DNA of 64,000 nucleotides from Bacteroidia bacterium (GCA_965279035.1 OZ257142.1:1952001-2016000); one strand, 5' to 3'; shown: positions 37,392 through 48,955, counted from the first letter of the stretch. The notes: generated from the sequence alone by a model not told the origin. Made by a program: numbers and translations.

Positions 37392-38507
37392 TTATATTCT
37401 ATAAAACGATGTTCCATTGAATTTCATTACTCCACCACCTTCTGATCCAAACCAGAGTTCACCTTTTTTATCCTTGAAGATTAAGGTGATTACTTGTGTT
37501 GTTAGACCATCTTTTCGAGTGTAATTAATCCATGTTTTTCCATTATATCGCCATATTCCAGCATCTATAGTAGCAACCCAAATATCGCCCAAGTTATCCT
37601 CGTTTATGCTCCATACACGAGCCATTGTTCCTGGATTATCATTCAAATTTTGGCCATTGGAGAATCCTGGATTACTTAAACCATTTTGATCTGTTATATT
37701 GGATAAATTTTTCCCATCATACATAAACAATCCACCACCATTATTTCCAAACCACATATTTCCTTTGCTATCTTCAAAAATAGCTCGTACAGCAGGTCCA
37801 GCTAATTGTTTATCACTCAACCAGAAAAAGGAACTCCCTGTATAGCAACATACTCCTAGTGTTTGAGTTCCGAACCAAACATATCCTTTACTGTCTTTGT
37901 AAATATAATACACGCCATAGGGACTAACTATATTGGTTTTGTCGGAATCAAATCCACCATCTATATTGTTTTTTGGTAATAGAAGAAGGTTTAAAGAAAT
38001 GCCATTAAATCGATATACACCGTCTCGTTTGTCGGATGCTTCAAACCATATATCACCCGGTTTTGATGCCCATTGAGGATTTATAGTGCTTTTAAAACCC
38101 AAATCTGTTTCGTCGGTAATTCGGGAGAATTTTTTACCATCGAAACGACTCACGCCCATGCCGGTTCCGACCCAAATATTTCCTTTCTGATCTTCGTCTA
38201 TCGATCTTATTTGATTATCACCTAGACCATTTTCATAGGTGAAATTAATATATCCTTTTCCATCATATCTATACACGCCATCACCATCAGAGCCAAACCA
38301 ATAAAACCCTTTGCTATCATGAAGCATGCTTCTGATTTTGCTGCTTAGTTCATTCGTTTTTGATCCCGCAATTTCCTCATCAGGAATTAATTCTAGATTC
38401 GTATTTGTAGCTATAGCATTGGATTTTTTCTCTTTGCATGCATAGCTTGTACTTATAAAAAATAGTGTTATAAGAAGAAATAAGGTTTTACCGAGGATTT
38501 TATTCAT
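37392..38507 (-). CDS. Two-component-regulator propeller (Reg_prop) repeat protein, no kinase domain, possible lipoprotein
   Basis: Repeated IxEDSKGxxWFGT..G units; SYAC after a hydrophobic signal. Confidence 0.85.
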   Translation of the reverse strand: MNKILGKTLFLLITLFFISTSYACKEKKSNAIATNTNLELIPDEEIAGSKTNELSSKIRSMLHDSKGFYWFGSDGDGVYRYDGKGYINFTYENGLGDNQIRSIDEDQKGNIWVGTGMGVSRFDGKKFSRITDETDLGFKSTINPQWASKPGDIWFEASDKRDGVYRFNGISLNLLLLPKNNIDGGFDSDKTNIVSPYGVYYIYKDSKGYVWFGTQTLGVCCYTGSSFFWLSDKQLAGPAVRAIFEDSKGNMWFGNNGGGLFMYDGKNLSNITDQNGLSNPGFSNGQNLNDNPGTMARVWSINEDNLGDIWVATIDAGIWRYNGKTWINYTRKDGLTTQVITLIFKDKKGELWFGSEGGGVMKFNGTSFYRI

Positions 38508-38624
38508 TACGAAAAAAAGAATTAGATAAAATGGTTTTTCAGTTTAATCGGAATTTTGGAATTCTTAGTTAACCATTTTGGTTTATTAATAACCCAACAA
38601 GCGTAAATAGTACAATCGGAGAAT

Positions 38625-39197
38625 TTACTCAATTATTATATCATATTTAGCTAATAATCCCAAGGCACCATTCATTGAAAATTTAGCTTTTTTTATTCGA
38701 TTTTGATCTGGATCTATTTGAAAATTATAAACTTTTCTGAAATCTGATTTTTCAAGATTAGACTTATCAAACGTGGCACGTTGCAAATCACATGAATCAA
38801 AAATGGAATTGCTAATATCGCTTTGACTGAAATCAACTTCCAGTAATTGACAATTTTCAAAATGTGTTTTTTTAATGTTGCATTTATAAAAGGAAGAATG
38901 ATTGAGTTGACAATTTTCAAATCGAAACGACAATCCTAATCCAGAACAATGGTCAAAACGCAATCCCAGCATTTTACAATTTCTAAATATACAATCTTGA
39001 AAGGCTGTTTTATTTAAGAGAATCATACTCAAATTGCAATTGATAAATACACAATTGATAAAACGAAATCCCGAAAAATCGTGTTCAGGAAAATTGCCAT
39101 TATCAAATGTACATTGTTCGTATTCTCCTTTCTGTAAAGGACTTGAACTAAGAATTGTTCTGGTGAAATTTTGTCCGTGAATTAGAGGAAACGACAT
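38625..39197 (-). CDS. Pentapeptide repeat protein
   Basis: Five-residue periodic C/S-x-F-x-x pattern throughout; IDPDQNRIKKAKFS tail. Confidence 0.9.
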   Translation of the reverse strand: MSFPLIHGQNFTRTILSSSPLQKGEYEQCTFDNGNFPEHDFSGFRFINCVFINCNLSMILLNKTAFQDCIFRNCKMLGLRFDHCSGLGLSFRFENCQLNHSSFYKCNIKKTHFENCQLLEVDFSQSDISNSIFDSCDLQRATFDKSNLEKSDFRKVYNFQIDPDQNRIKKAKFSMNGALGLLAKYDIIIE

Positions 39198-39357
39198 GAT
39201 TTAATTTTAATAATCAGCAAATTAGATTAATTACTTTTGATATATCAAATTAAGAAGATTCTTTTTAAATTATGGTTCAAAATATAAATGTACGGTACAG
39301 TCTAATCTATTTAAATTAATGCTTTTATTTTCGCAATCTTAAACCGATATCCAACCC

Positions 39358-40959
39358 ATGAATAAAAAACTACTCTCAGCATTTCTTTTTGTCGGAATGT
39401 TGATTAATGCTTCTGCTCAATCGCCTTGGTTACTTGATCCTTCTTGGAGTTCCGATGGAAAAACAATGATCGATTATGGCTTTCAAGATAATCTAACTTG
39501 CATAACAGTAGATCCCAATAATTTAACTGTTCTCACTGGCGGAACGGCTATCAGCTCAACTACTTTTGGAGGAAATTTGCTTATCAGTCGATATTTATCG
39601 GATGGTTCACTCGATCCTACATTTGATGGTGATGGGAATATCATCTTGACCAATTTCACGGAATCATACGCATATGATATTGAATTATTAAGCAACGGAA
39701 AAATACTAGTAGCAGGAGCCTCAGCGAATCCACAGTATCAGTTTTCGATGTTACTTATGCGATTAAATGCTGATGGTACTTTCGATTCAAGTTTTGGAAC
39801 AGATGGAATTGTTCAAACGGATTTAGCACCTGCAGATGAATTTGCTAATTCAATGGCCATTCAATCGGATAACAAAATTGTACTTGCAGGATCGGCTGGT
39901 GATGTGAATTACAATAACATGCCTGCGCTTGTGCGATATAATGAAAATGGAACACTCGATTTATCATTTGGCAACAATGGAATTGTAGCACTTCCGGTTT
40001 CTCAAATCGATAATGAATTTTCAAAAGTGATGATTCAAACGGATGGGAAAATTGTAGCTGTAGGACATTGGGATCAAGGATTAACAAATGGTGGACAACA
40101 GAATTTCGATATTCTTTTAGCACGTTTCGAATCAACTGGTCAACCTGATATGAGTTTTGGAAATGCTGGTATTGTAATAACACCAGTTTCACCTGTCTAT
40201 TCAGAGGAAGCATACGGGTTACAGATTTTATCCACAGGAGAAATACTTGTTTCGGGCTTCACACTTGCTTTGGATCAAAGTCAGGATATTGTCCTTTTAA
40301 AGTATACTTCAACTGGAGATCCTCAATTAACATTTGGAGTAAATGGACAAGTCATTTTTAATCGAACAACTGGTGATGTAGCATATGATATGATGCTTCA
40401 GGGAGATCAGATTTTAATTTCAGGAGCAATTGGAAATACGATTGATGACTTAGATTTCCTTTTAGCACGCTTTAATTCGGATGGAGAACCCGATTCGAGT
40501 TTTGGTGCAAACAGTGTTATTCGTACAGATATTCAAGCTGGTTTTGACGAAGCGAATGCCATCACTTCAATGCCTGATGGGCGCATTTTTTTAGCTGGTA
40601 AAGGCAGTAATGGTGTGCAAAATGATGCCGTTACTGTTCGATATACACGTGATGGTTTGCCTATTGGAATGTTCGATTTAACCGGCAATGCATCCATTCA
40701 ATTGTATCCTAATCCTGTTCATTCAGGCAGTACCATCCAGTTAAATCTTTCCGGCAAAAAAACGGATTTGATCCAAGTGTCGATTTATACTGTTCAAGGG
40801 ACATGTGTATGGAAGCAGACTCTTCGATCAACTAACACAACTGAAGCAAACAAAATACAAATAGAACTACCTACAAGTTTATCATCAGGCATGTATTTAC
40901 TTCAGGTAGATGAAGATAACACGCACCCACAATCAATCCGGTTAGGAGTATTTAACTAA
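39358..40959 (+). CDS. Delta-60 repeat (beta-propeller) protein with T9SS CTD
   Basis: Repeated DGKIVxAG...RxNxDGTLDxSFG; LYPNPV...LSSGMYLLQV. Confidence 0.9.
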   Translation: MNKKLLSAFLFVGMLINASAQSPWLLDPSWSSDGKTMIDYGFQDNLTCITVDPNNLTVLTGGTAISSTTFGGNLLISRYLSDGSLDPTFDGDGNIILTNFTESYAYDIELLSNGKILVAGASANPQYQFSMLLMRLNADGTFDSSFGTDGIVQTDLAPADEFANSMAIQSDNKIVLAGSAGDVNYNNMPALVRYNENGTLDLSFGNNGIVALPVSQIDNEFSKVMIQTDGKIVAVGHWDQGLTNGGQQNFDILLARFESTGQPDMSFGNAGIVITPVSPVYSEEAYGLQILSTGEILVSGFTLALDQSQDIVLLKYTSTGDPQLTFGVNGQVIFNRTTGDVAYDMMLQGDQILISGAIGNTIDDLDFLLARFNSDGEPDSSFGANSVIRTDIQAGFDEANAITSMPDGRIFLAGKGSNGVQNDAVTVRYTRDGLPIGMFDLTGNASIQLYPNPVHSGSTIQLNLSGKKTDLIQVSIYTVQGTCVWKQTLRSTNTTEANKIQIELPTSLSSGMYLLQVDEDNTHPQSIRLGVFN

Positions 40960-40982
40960 AAAAACGAATTGGATTGAGAAAT

Positions 40983-41009
40983 AGCCTGGCCAAAAGCTGG
41001 GCTTTTTTT
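40983..41009 (+). terminator. Intrinsic terminator
   Basis: AGCCTGGC-caaaa-GCTGGGCT followed by a T-tract. Confidence 0.75.
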
Positions 41010-41021
41010 ATGATTAATTGT

Positions 41022-41615
41022 TTAGGGCAAGTGCATAGAAAAATCAATTCCTTTTGCTTTTAAAATTGCTTGCAGAAATGTGTTGACTTCCTGTAAGAAA
41101 CTAATTGTCCAATTATAGTCATAATCAAGTGGTGGTAATCGTTGATAGAATAACTGTACTACAACATGAAGTATCTCATTGGCTAAATCGAGTTGATTGG
41201 ATAATTGAATCAACTCTGCCCAAATACCGAGAAAATTAGCTTGTAAAAGGCCATTTACTTGCTGAAAGCATTGAATATAAGCCTCTTTGTGTTTGTGTAT
41301 TAGTAGCTGACGATTGAAATATACAAGCTCTTTTTGCTCTATGATTAAGTTCATGAAATCAGGAACAATCGATTTACATGCTTGGACATGTGTAACTAAT
41401 CGCTGAGCATTTAACCAATGCCGATTTAATAATTCTTGCTCAAATACTTGCAAATCAGCAAAATGGTGGTAGAAGGAAGATTTGCTGATCTTGACAGCTT
41501 TTGCCAAAGGTTCAACCTTAAGTCCATCTGGCCCAGCTTGTCCAAAAAGCTGATAACCTTTTTCCAACCAAGGTGCTGTACTGATTGAATTCATATTCGT
41601 TAATAATAAAACCAA
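41022..41615 (-). CDS. TetR/AcrR family transcriptional regulator
   Basis: GLKVEPLAKAVKISKSSFYHHF helix-turn-helix. Confidence 0.9.
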   Translation of the reverse strand: MVLLLTNMNSISTAPWLEKGYQLFGQAGPDGLKVEPLAKAVKISKSSFYHHFADLQVFEQELLNRHWLNAQRLVTHVQACKSIVPDFMNLIIEQKELVYFNRQLLIHKHKEAYIQCFQQVNGLLQANFLGIWAELIQLSNQLDLANEILHVVVQLFYQRLPPLDYDYNWTISFLQEVNTFLQAILKAKGIDFSMHLP

Positions 41616-41814
41616 TCAATTTTAAATTTCAATTGGAATTGAAAGCGAAAATAGGAAATTCATTTTTGAATTATTTGAATCAAGGAATCCGTTCATGCTA
41701 GACTTTTTATTTTCAATGGAAAGAGCATAATACTATCCCAACGAATTCTCGTCCATTTCCTGCACTTACTCAATCCACCTGATCTATATAAATAGTCAGA
41801 TGTAGTCTTGCTGC

Positions 41815-44800
41815 ATGAAAACGATGTTCTCTTTGCTCTCGATGCGCTTGGTTAAAGTGCTTTTTGTTTGTTGTACTACGGTTGGACTTGCTGGTGTTGG
41901 TGTTTACCAGTATCTACAGCCGCCGACTCTTTCGTATGTGGAAGATTTCGCTCCTTACATTTCTGGTTTTACCAATGGTACAGTTGGAAAGAAATCAGCC
42001 GTTCAGGTGCTTCTTAATTTTGATCATCCAGATGAAATCGTCCCCGGAAAAGTTATTGAAGATGAATTGCTCGAATTTGAGCCTTCGGTAAAAGGTGAAC
42101 TGAAATGGAACGATAAACGAACACTTGAATTTGTTCCTTCCCAACCGCTCGAAAGCGATCAGGAATATTATTGCACGTTTCGACTAGGAGAAGTGCTTGA
42201 TACTTTGCCTAAAAAATTCCGAAAATTCGTATTTAAGTTCCGCACTTTTAAACAAGATTTTCGGGTCGATTACGATGGATTAAGTCCGCTTTCTAACAAT
42301 GATCCGCTATGGCAACATTTAAATGGCCGCATCCAAGCAAATGATGATATCGACTCAACCGGTACCATGAAAATGGTTACTGCCACGCAAGATGGTCGTG
42401 AACTAAAAATTAAATGGGATTTACAAGAAATTAATTGGGGAAGCCACTTAGCTCATTTTACTATCGATAGCATTCGTCGTGGTGAAAAAGCTGGAAAAGT
42501 ACATGTCGAAATTGATGGAAATTCGATTGGTGTAGACCGACAAGATAAACGCGATTTTGTAGTGCCATCGATGGGTGATTTTAATGTTCAAAATGCTACA
42601 ATAGAACAATTTCCTGAGCAAAGTATTCTCATTCAGTTTAGCGATCCAATTCGCAATGGACAGCAGTTGCAAGGGATGCTTCGAATCGAAGGTCAGCCCG
42701 AACCACGTATCATTTTAGAAGATAATTCCATTCGATTATTTCCAGCATTAAAATTAAAAGGAACATATACTATTTTGGTTAGTGCAGGTATTGAAAATGT
42801 GTGGGGATACCGCATGAATAAAGGAGAAAAAGTATCAGTAGAATTTCTTCCCCTCAAACCCAATATTCGAATGATTAGTCAGGGAGTTATATTACCTGAT
42901 GCTGGAAAATTGTTCTTTCCTTTTGAAGCCGTGGGCTTGAAGGCTGTTGATGTACAAGTGTATAAACTTTATGAAAACAACATCCTACAATTTCTACAAG
43001 TCAATGATTTAAATGGACAAGATGAATTATTACGTGTAGGAAAAAAAGTTCTTTCTAAAAAGATTGATCTTAAATATGACACCATCACCGATCTTGAATT
43101 TTGGCATCGTTACGCTATTGATTTAGGAAGTTTAATTCGTACCGAACCGGGTGCTATGTATCGAGTGAAATTGTCGATGCAAAAGGACTACGCTATTTGG
43201 GATTGTCCTGCTGTAAATCCGGGTGATGAGGAAGAAGAAGAAGACTACGAAGAAAAAGCACCGGAAGTTGATTTCACTCAATACCGACAAGATGATGGTT
43301 CAGATGAGAATTATTCTTGGGATTATGCCTATGAGAGTGATTATGCAAATAATCCATGTGAAAAAAGTTATTACCGCGAACGTCGCTACGGACACAATGT
43401 ACTTGCATCTGATTTAGGTGTAATTGTGAAACGCGAGCCCAATGGGAAGTTACATGTGGTTGTCAATAATCTACTTACGACACAGCCAATTCCAAATGCA
43501 ACGGTATTATTTTATAATTATCAGCAACAAGTTATTACACAGGGCACAACAGACGCCAATGGTATGATTGAACGAACTCCAGCTATCAAACCATTTGTGA
43601 TAGTAGTTAAAAGTGGCGCACAGCGTGGTTACATGAAATTGGATGAAGGCACATCATTATCGTTGAGCAATTTTGATGTAGATGGACGAACATCCGAAAA
43701 AGGAATTAAAGGATTTATTTACGGTGAGCGTGGCGTTTGGCGTCCGGGCGATTCTTTGTATTTGAATTTCATATTAGAAGATCCGCTTCACAGTGTTCCA
43801 AGCAAGCATCCCGTAACGATGGAATTGATGAATCCGATGGGACAAGTGGTAAATAAAATCATTCAAACCGAATCAGTAAATGGTTTCTATGATTTCAGAA
43901 CAGCGACTAATCCCGAAGCTCCAACGGGCAATTGGTTAGCGCAAGTTCATGTGGGAAACCGCAGTTTTACTAAGAACATCAAGATTGAAACGGTTAAACC
44001 GAATCGCCTGAAATTATACATGAATTTTGGGGGAAAGATGTTAAAGAAATCGGCACAAAAAGACACAGCACGTTTAGAAGTTAAATGGTTGCACGGAGCA
44101 GTTGCACGGAATTTAAAAGCAGATGTAGAAGTGAGTGTATCGCAAGCCAGTACTACATTTGAGAAATATCCGAATTATTGTTTTGATGATGCATTGAAAG
44201 GATTCGAATCACGTAAATTAACTTTGTTTGATGGAAATTTAAATGAACGAGGTTTAGCTGTTTTTTCAACCAAATTAGATGCAGGACAATCAGCTCCAGG
44301 CTTTTTAAGAGCCAACTTTTTTACCCGTGCTTTTGAAGAAGGTGGTGATTTTAGCACCGATCGTTTTTCTATCCTTTATTCACCTTATTCAAGCTATGCT
44401 GGGATTCGTGTTCCTGAATCGGATGGTCGACGTGATGTGCTCGAAACAGGAAAAGAAAACACCATTCAAATTGCCTCTGTTCGTGAAGATGGAACACCCG
44501 GAACATCGCGTTTACAAGTGAAAGTGTACAAGCTCAATTGGCAGTGGTGGTGGGATCGTTACGATGATGATATCAATTATTATTTAAGTCGCCCGGGGAT
44601 TTATCCAGTGTATGATTCGACCTATTCAACTAGCAATGGAAAAGCGGATTTGAAACTCAATTTTGATGAGAAATCTTGGGGACGCTATTTAATTCGTGTA
44701 ACCGACCTACAATCGGGACATGCCAGTGGAAAAGTGGTGTATTTTGAAAGTCCTTGGTGGCAACGTGGAAACAGCGCCGGGACGCAGTTTGCAAGTATGT

Positions 44801-47391
44801 TGAGTTTCTCGAGCGATAAAGAAAGCTATCGAGCAGGGGAGAAGGTTAAATTGAGTATTCCAAGTACTGGTAAAGGAAAAGCTTTGATTTCGATTGAAAG
44901 TGGGGAACGCATTCTTCAAAAGTTTTGGGTTGATACCGAAAAAGGAGAAACACATGCCGAGTTCACTTGTACACCTGATATGGCGCCTAATGCATACATA
45001 TTTGTGACTTTGTTGCAACCTCATGGAAGTGTGCAAAACGATTTACCTATGCGTTTGTATGGAATTATTCCATTGTCGGTTGAAGATCCCGCTACGCATT
45101 TGGAGCCACTCATTCAAATGGCTGATGTACTTGTTCCTGAGAGTACTGCTAAAATTACTGTGAAGGAAAAAAACGGCAAGCCGATGACATACACGCTTGC
45201 TTTGGTAGATGAAGGTTTGCTTGATTTAACACGCTTTCAAACTCCACAACCATGGGATGAATTTTATCAAAAAGAAGCATTACGTGTTAAAACTTGGGAT
45301 TTATATGATTGGGTAATTGGTGCTTATGGTGGAAAATTAAATCGAATTTTAAGTATTGGTGGTGATGGTTCTGGTTTGAATGGAAAGCAAGCGAAAGCCA
45401 ATCGTTTCAAGCCTGTGGTGCGTTTTGTTGGACCATTTTATTTGCCTGCAAAAGGTTCTCAAACACATTCCTTAAATCTCCCACAATATGTCGGTTCGGT
45501 TCGAGTGATGGTTGTTGCAGGAAATGCAGGTGCTTATGGCAATGCCGAGAAAACTGTTCCGGTGAAGAAACCATTGATGGTATTGGCTACACTGCCTCGT
45601 GTTGTTGGTCCTGATGAGTCGATTAGTTTGCCTGTTAACGTATTTGCGATGGAGGAAACTATTAAAAATGTTTCTGTTCAGGTGGAGGTAAATAATTTAT
45701 TGATGATGGAAGGCACAGCAGTTCAATCGACTCATTTTGATTTACCTGGTGATCAAGTGTTGAATTTTAGAATGAAAGTTGCTCAACGTGTTGGTATTGC
45801 TCGTATTAAAGTCACTGCGAAATGTGGTAAAGAAATAGCAATTCAAGATTTTGAGGTAGATGTTCGTCCTTCTAATTCTCCGTTTACTGAAATAAATCGG
45901 GTGAAATTGGAACCAGGAAAAGAACTGAGTTTAGATTTACCATTTACTGGATTGGATGGAAGCCATTCGCTTAGTTTAGAATCTTCGATTTTGCCTGTTG
46001 ATATTAGCAAGCGGATGAATTATTTAATTCAATATCCACATGGTTGTATTGAGCAGACTACATCATCGGCATTTCCACAATTAGCGATGCAGTCGGTATT
46101 GGATTTAAGTGCGAAGGAACAAATCAAGATCACCAATCATATTAAAGCTGCTTTGAACCGTATCGCCTTATTTCAGACACATTCGGGAGCTTTTTCCTAT
46201 TGGCCAGGTGAAGGAACAGCATCGGAATGGGGTACGAATTACGCTGGACATTTTATGTTAGAAGCAGAGCGTTTAGGGTATACACTACCTGTTGGGATGA
46301 AAAATCGTTGGGTGAAATATCAAGTGAATGAAGCTCAAAACTTCTCAGAAACCCGCATCACTTCAAGCGAACAGCTAACACAAGCCTATCGTTTATACAC
46401 CTTGGCTTTATCAGGAAATCCCGAACTAGGAGCGATGAACCGATTAAGAGAAACGAAAATCTTAAATCTCAGCACCCGCTGGCGTTTGGCTGCAGCTTAT
46501 GCACAATGTGGACAACCCGAAGTTGCTCGTTTATTAATTAAAAATCAGCCAAATCGAATTAAAAAGTATAAAGAACTTTCCAATACTTACGGAAGTGAAG
46601 GTCGCGATGAAGCCATGATTCTTGAAACCATGTTGTTGTTAAATGATCGAGTGGAATCGGAAAAATTGGTTGAGAAACTGATAAAAGAAATCAATAGTAC
46701 TACTTGGATGAGCACACAAACAACTGCATACAGTTTAATTGCACTGGGAAAATACATGAATATTCAATCGAATAATGGTGCAATTTCCTTTAGCTATGTG
46801 TTGGATAAAAATGCTGCTATTTCACGCGTTCAATCAAAGCCAGCTTCGAAAGAAAACCTCATTCAAAACGCCGATCGAGCTGCACATCGCATTACTTTAA
46901 AAAATGATGGAAGGACATCTATTCATATTCGTTTGGTACGCGAGTATATTCCTTTGCAAGGCGATGAACCAACCGTGAATAAAGGCATGAAACTACTTTG
47001 GGCATTTAAAGATTTAGATGGAAAATACATTAGTCCGGATAAGCTTCAACAAGGAACCGACTTTATTTCTGAAGTCACTGTGGTAAATCCTGAGCAACGT
47101 TATTTACAAGAAATGACATTGAATCAGATTTTTCCTTCGGGATGGGAGATTCGTAATATTCGAATGGAAGAAAGTGGTCAATTGCAAAGTGATGCAGCGC
47201 GTTATCAAGATTACCGGGATGATCGTGTGTATACGTATTTCGACTTATCGGGAATGAATAAACGTACGTATCGTATTTTGCTTCATGCAACCTACAAAGG
47301 ACGATTTTACCTTCCCGGCATTGAGTGTGAAGCGATGTATGATCGGGACATTTATGCACGTGTAAAAGGTCGTTGGGTAGAAGTGAATTAA
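41815..47391 (+). CDS. Bacterial alpha-2-macroglobulin
   Basis: YGERGVWRPG, LALVDEGLLDLT, YPHGCIEQTTS thioester motif (CxEQ), DYRDDRV, EAMYD. Confidence 0.95.
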   Translation: MKTMFSLLSMRLVKVLFVCCTTVGLAGVGVYQYLQPPTLSYVEDFAPYISGFTNGTVGKKSAVQVLLNFDHPDEIVPGKVIEDELLEFEPSVKGELKWNDKRTLEFVPSQPLESDQEYYCTFRLGEVLDTLPKKFRKFVFKFRTFKQDFRVDYDGLSPLSNNDPLWQHLNGRIQANDDIDSTGTMKMVTATQDGRELKIKWDLQEINWGSHLAHFTIDSIRRGEKAGKVHVEIDGNSIGVDRQDKRDFVVPSMGDFNVQNATIEQFPEQSILIQFSDPIRNGQQLQGMLRIEGQPEPRIILEDNSIRLFPALKLKGTYTILVSAGIENVWGYRMNKGEKVSVEFLPLKPNIRMISQGVILPDAGKLFFPFEAVGLKAVDVQVYKLYENNILQFLQVNDLNGQDELLRVGKKVLSKKIDLKYDTITDLEFWHRYAIDLGSLIRTEPGAMYRVKLSMQKDYAIWDCPAVNPGDEEEEEDYEEKAPEVDFTQYRQDDGSDENYSWDYAYESDYANNPCEKSYYRERRYGHNVLASDLGVIVKREPNGKLHVVVNNLLTTQPIPNATVLFYNYQQQVITQGTTDANGMIERTPAIKPFVIVVKSGAQRGYMKLDEGTSLSLSNFDVDGRTSEKGIKGFIYGERGVWRPGDSLYLNFILEDPLHSVPSKHPVTMELMNPMGQVVNKIIQTESVNGFYDFRTATNPEAPTGNWLAQVHVGNRSFTKNIKIETVKPNRLKLYMNFGGKMLKKSAQKDTARLEVKWLHGAVARNLKADVEVSVSQASTTFEKYPNYCFDDALKGFESRKLTLFDGNLNERGLAVFSTKLDAGQSAPGFLRANFFTRAFEEGGDFSTDRFSILYSPYSSYAGIRVPESDGRRDVLETGKENTIQIASVREDGTPGTSRLQVKVYKLNWQWWWDRYDDDINYYLSRPGIYPVYDSTYSTSNGKADLKLNFDEKSWGRYLIRVTDLQSGHASGKVVYFESPWWQRGNSAGTQFASMLSFSSDKESYRAGEKVKLSIPSTGKGKALISIESGERILQKFWVDTEKGETHAEFTCTPDMAPNAYIFVTLLQPHGSVQNDLPMRLYGIIPLSVEDPATHLEPLIQMADVLVPESTAKITVKEKNGKPMTYTLALVDEGLLDLTRFQTPQPWDEFYQKEALRVKTWDLYDWVIGAYGGKLNRILSIGGDGSGLNGKQAKANRFKPVVRFVGPFYLPAKGSQTHSLNLPQYVGSVRVMVVAGNAGAYGNAEKTVPVKKPLMVLATLPRVVGPDESISLPVNVFAMEETIKNVSVQVEVNNLLMMEGTAVQSTHFDLPGDQVLNFRMKVAQRVGIARIKVTAKCGKEIAIQDFEVDVRPSNSPFTEINRVKLEPGKELSLDLPFTGLDGSHSLSLESSILPVDISKRMNYLIQYPHGCIEQTTSSAFPQLAMQSVLDLSAKEQIKITNHIKAALNRIALFQTHSGAFSYWPGEGTASEWGTNYAGHFMLEAERLGYTLPVGMKNRWVKYQVNEAQNFSETRITSSEQLTQAYRLYTLALSGNPELGAMNRLRETKILNLSTRWRLAAAYAQCGQPEVARLLIKNQPNRIKKYKELSNTYGSEGRDEAMILETMLLLNDRVESEKLVEKLIKEINSTTWMSTQTTAYSLIALGKYMNIQSNNGAISFSYVLDKNAAISRVQSKPASKENLIQNADRAAHRITLKNDGRTSIHIRLVREYIPLQGDEPTVNKGMKLLWAFKDLDGKYISPDKLQQGTDFISEVTVVNPEQRYLQEMTLNQIFPSGWEIRNIRMEESGQLQSDAARYQDYRDDRVYTYFDLSGMNKRTYRILLHATYKGRFYLPGIECEAMYDRDIYARVKGRWVEVN

Positions 47392-47488
47392 TGTTCCAAT
47401 TTCTAACAGAATGAAGAATTTAATCTTTCTAAAACAACTGATAACATAAGTGAAAGAGCATTAAGGGAATGATTTAAAATTGATTGCT

Positions 47489-47524
47489 AATAAGCCTCGT
47501 ATTAATTTCGAGGCTTATTTTTTT
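47489..47524 (+). terminator. Intrinsic terminator
   Basis: AATAAGCCTCG...CGAGGCTTATT followed by a T-tract. Confidence 0.8.
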
Positions 47525-47658
47525 GATAATTATTTGATGGATTTAATTCTTTGTTTATTTAAAATTAGATCGAAATTCTATATCATTTTTTGATAAAACC
47601 TTATAGTATCAATTTCTTCAATTTTAAATCTATCTGATTCAAATCAATCATCATTCAT

Positions 47659-47666
47659 TAGATTTG
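47659..47666 (+). promoter_or_regulatory. -7 promoter element (TAGATTTG) for tyrS
   Basis: TAnnTTTG match 19 nt before the ATG. Confidence 0.6.
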
Positions 47667-47685
47667 CATCTTTTCGAAGCAAAAC

Positions 47686-48954
47686 ATGAATTTAGTTGAA
47701 GAATTAAGGTGGAGAGGATTGCTCCATGATATAATGCCTGGAACTGAGGAATTACTAGCTAAAGAGCAAGTAAGTGCATACATTGGTTTTGATCCAACTG
47801 CAGAATCTCTTCACATAGGTTCTCTCGTGCAGATTATTTTATTAATGCATCTCCAGCGTCACGGACACTTGCCCATTGCCTTGGTGGGTGGTGCAACCGG
47901 AATGATTGGCGATCCATCTTTCAAAGCCGAAGAGCGTAAAATGCTCAACGAAGAAACTTTAAATAAAAATGTTGCAGGCATAGAAGCTCAATTGCGTCGC
48001 TTTTTGGATTTTGAAAAAGGGGCAACATTGGTCAATAATTACGACTGGTTTAAAGAATTTAGTTTGCTTGGATTTATGCGTGAAGTAGGCAAGCATATTT
48101 CTGTCAATTACATGATGGCAAAAGATTCTGTAAAGAAGCGTCTCGAAACGGGAATTTCTTTTACAGAATTCAGTTATCAACTCATCCAAGGCTATGATTT
48201 TTACTGGCTTTGGAAAAATAAAAACGCCAAACTTCAAGTTGGAGGTTCGGATCAATGGGGAAATATTGTTACAGGAACTGAACTCATTCGCCGCATTGGT
48301 GGAGGAGAAGCCTTTGCTTTAACAGTGCCTTTGGTTACTAAAGCGGATGGGACAAAATTTGGAAAAACCGAATCCGGAAATGTTTGGCTCGATGCCCGTT
48401 TAACCAGCCCATATGCATTTTATCAGTTTTGGTTAAATACTTCGGATGAAGATGCTGAGAAATACATCAAGATATTTTCTTTTTTGAGTCAAAGTGAAAC
48501 AGATGAATTAATCCTCAATCATCGGGAACAACCACATTTGCGATCCTTACAAAAACGTTTGGGGAAAGAAGTAACTTGCTTGGTTCATGGGATTGAAGAA
48601 TACGAAGGGGCTATTGGTGCAACTGAAATATTATTTGGGAATGGCACTTCTGAGCAACTAGCGGCAATGAGTGAATCAATTTTTCTTCAAGTGTTTGAAG
48701 GTGTTCCGCAATACACGATTTCCCGTTCTGAATTTGAATCTGGAATTCCTATAATTGAACTATTGGCTAGTTATTCTCAAATAATGCCTTCCAAAGGGGA
48801 AGCTCGTAAAATGATTCAGCAAAATGCTATTTCATTGAATAAAGAAAAATTCGTTGATGCTGCTGGAATAGTTAATACCGGAAATTTAATCAATGATAAA
48901 TACGTGCTTGTTCAAAAAGGAAAGAAGAATTATTATTTAATTATAGCTTCATAA
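47686..48954 (+). CDS. tyrS: Tyrosine--tRNA ligase
   Basis: [31 protein letters not shown]-terminal S4 domain. Confidence 0.98.
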   Translation: MNLVEELRWRGLLHDIMPGTEELLAKEQVSAYIGFDPTAESLHIGSLVQIILLMHLQRHGHLPIALVGGATGMIGDPSFKAEERKMLNEETLNKNVAGIEAQLRRFLDFEKGATLVNNYDWFKEFSLLGFMREVGKHISVNYMMAKDSVKKRLETGISFTEFSYQLIQGYDFYWLWKNKNAKLQVGGSDQWGNIVTGTELIRRIGGGEAFALTVPLVTKADGTKFGKTESGNVWLDARLTSPYAFYQFWLNTSDEDAEKYIKIFSFLSQSETDELILNHREQPHLRSLQKRLGKEVTCLVHGIEEYEGAIGATEILFGNGTSEQLAAMSESIFLQVFEGVPQYTISRSEFESGIPIIELLASYSQIMPSKGEARKMIQQNAISLNKEKFVDAAGIVNTGNLINDKYVLVQKGKKNYYLIIAS

Positions 48955-48955
48955 A

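Noticed and set aside
38625-39197. Qnr quinolone-resistance gene
   Set aside because: Generic pentapeptide repeat protein; resistance cannot be inferred from the repeat pattern.
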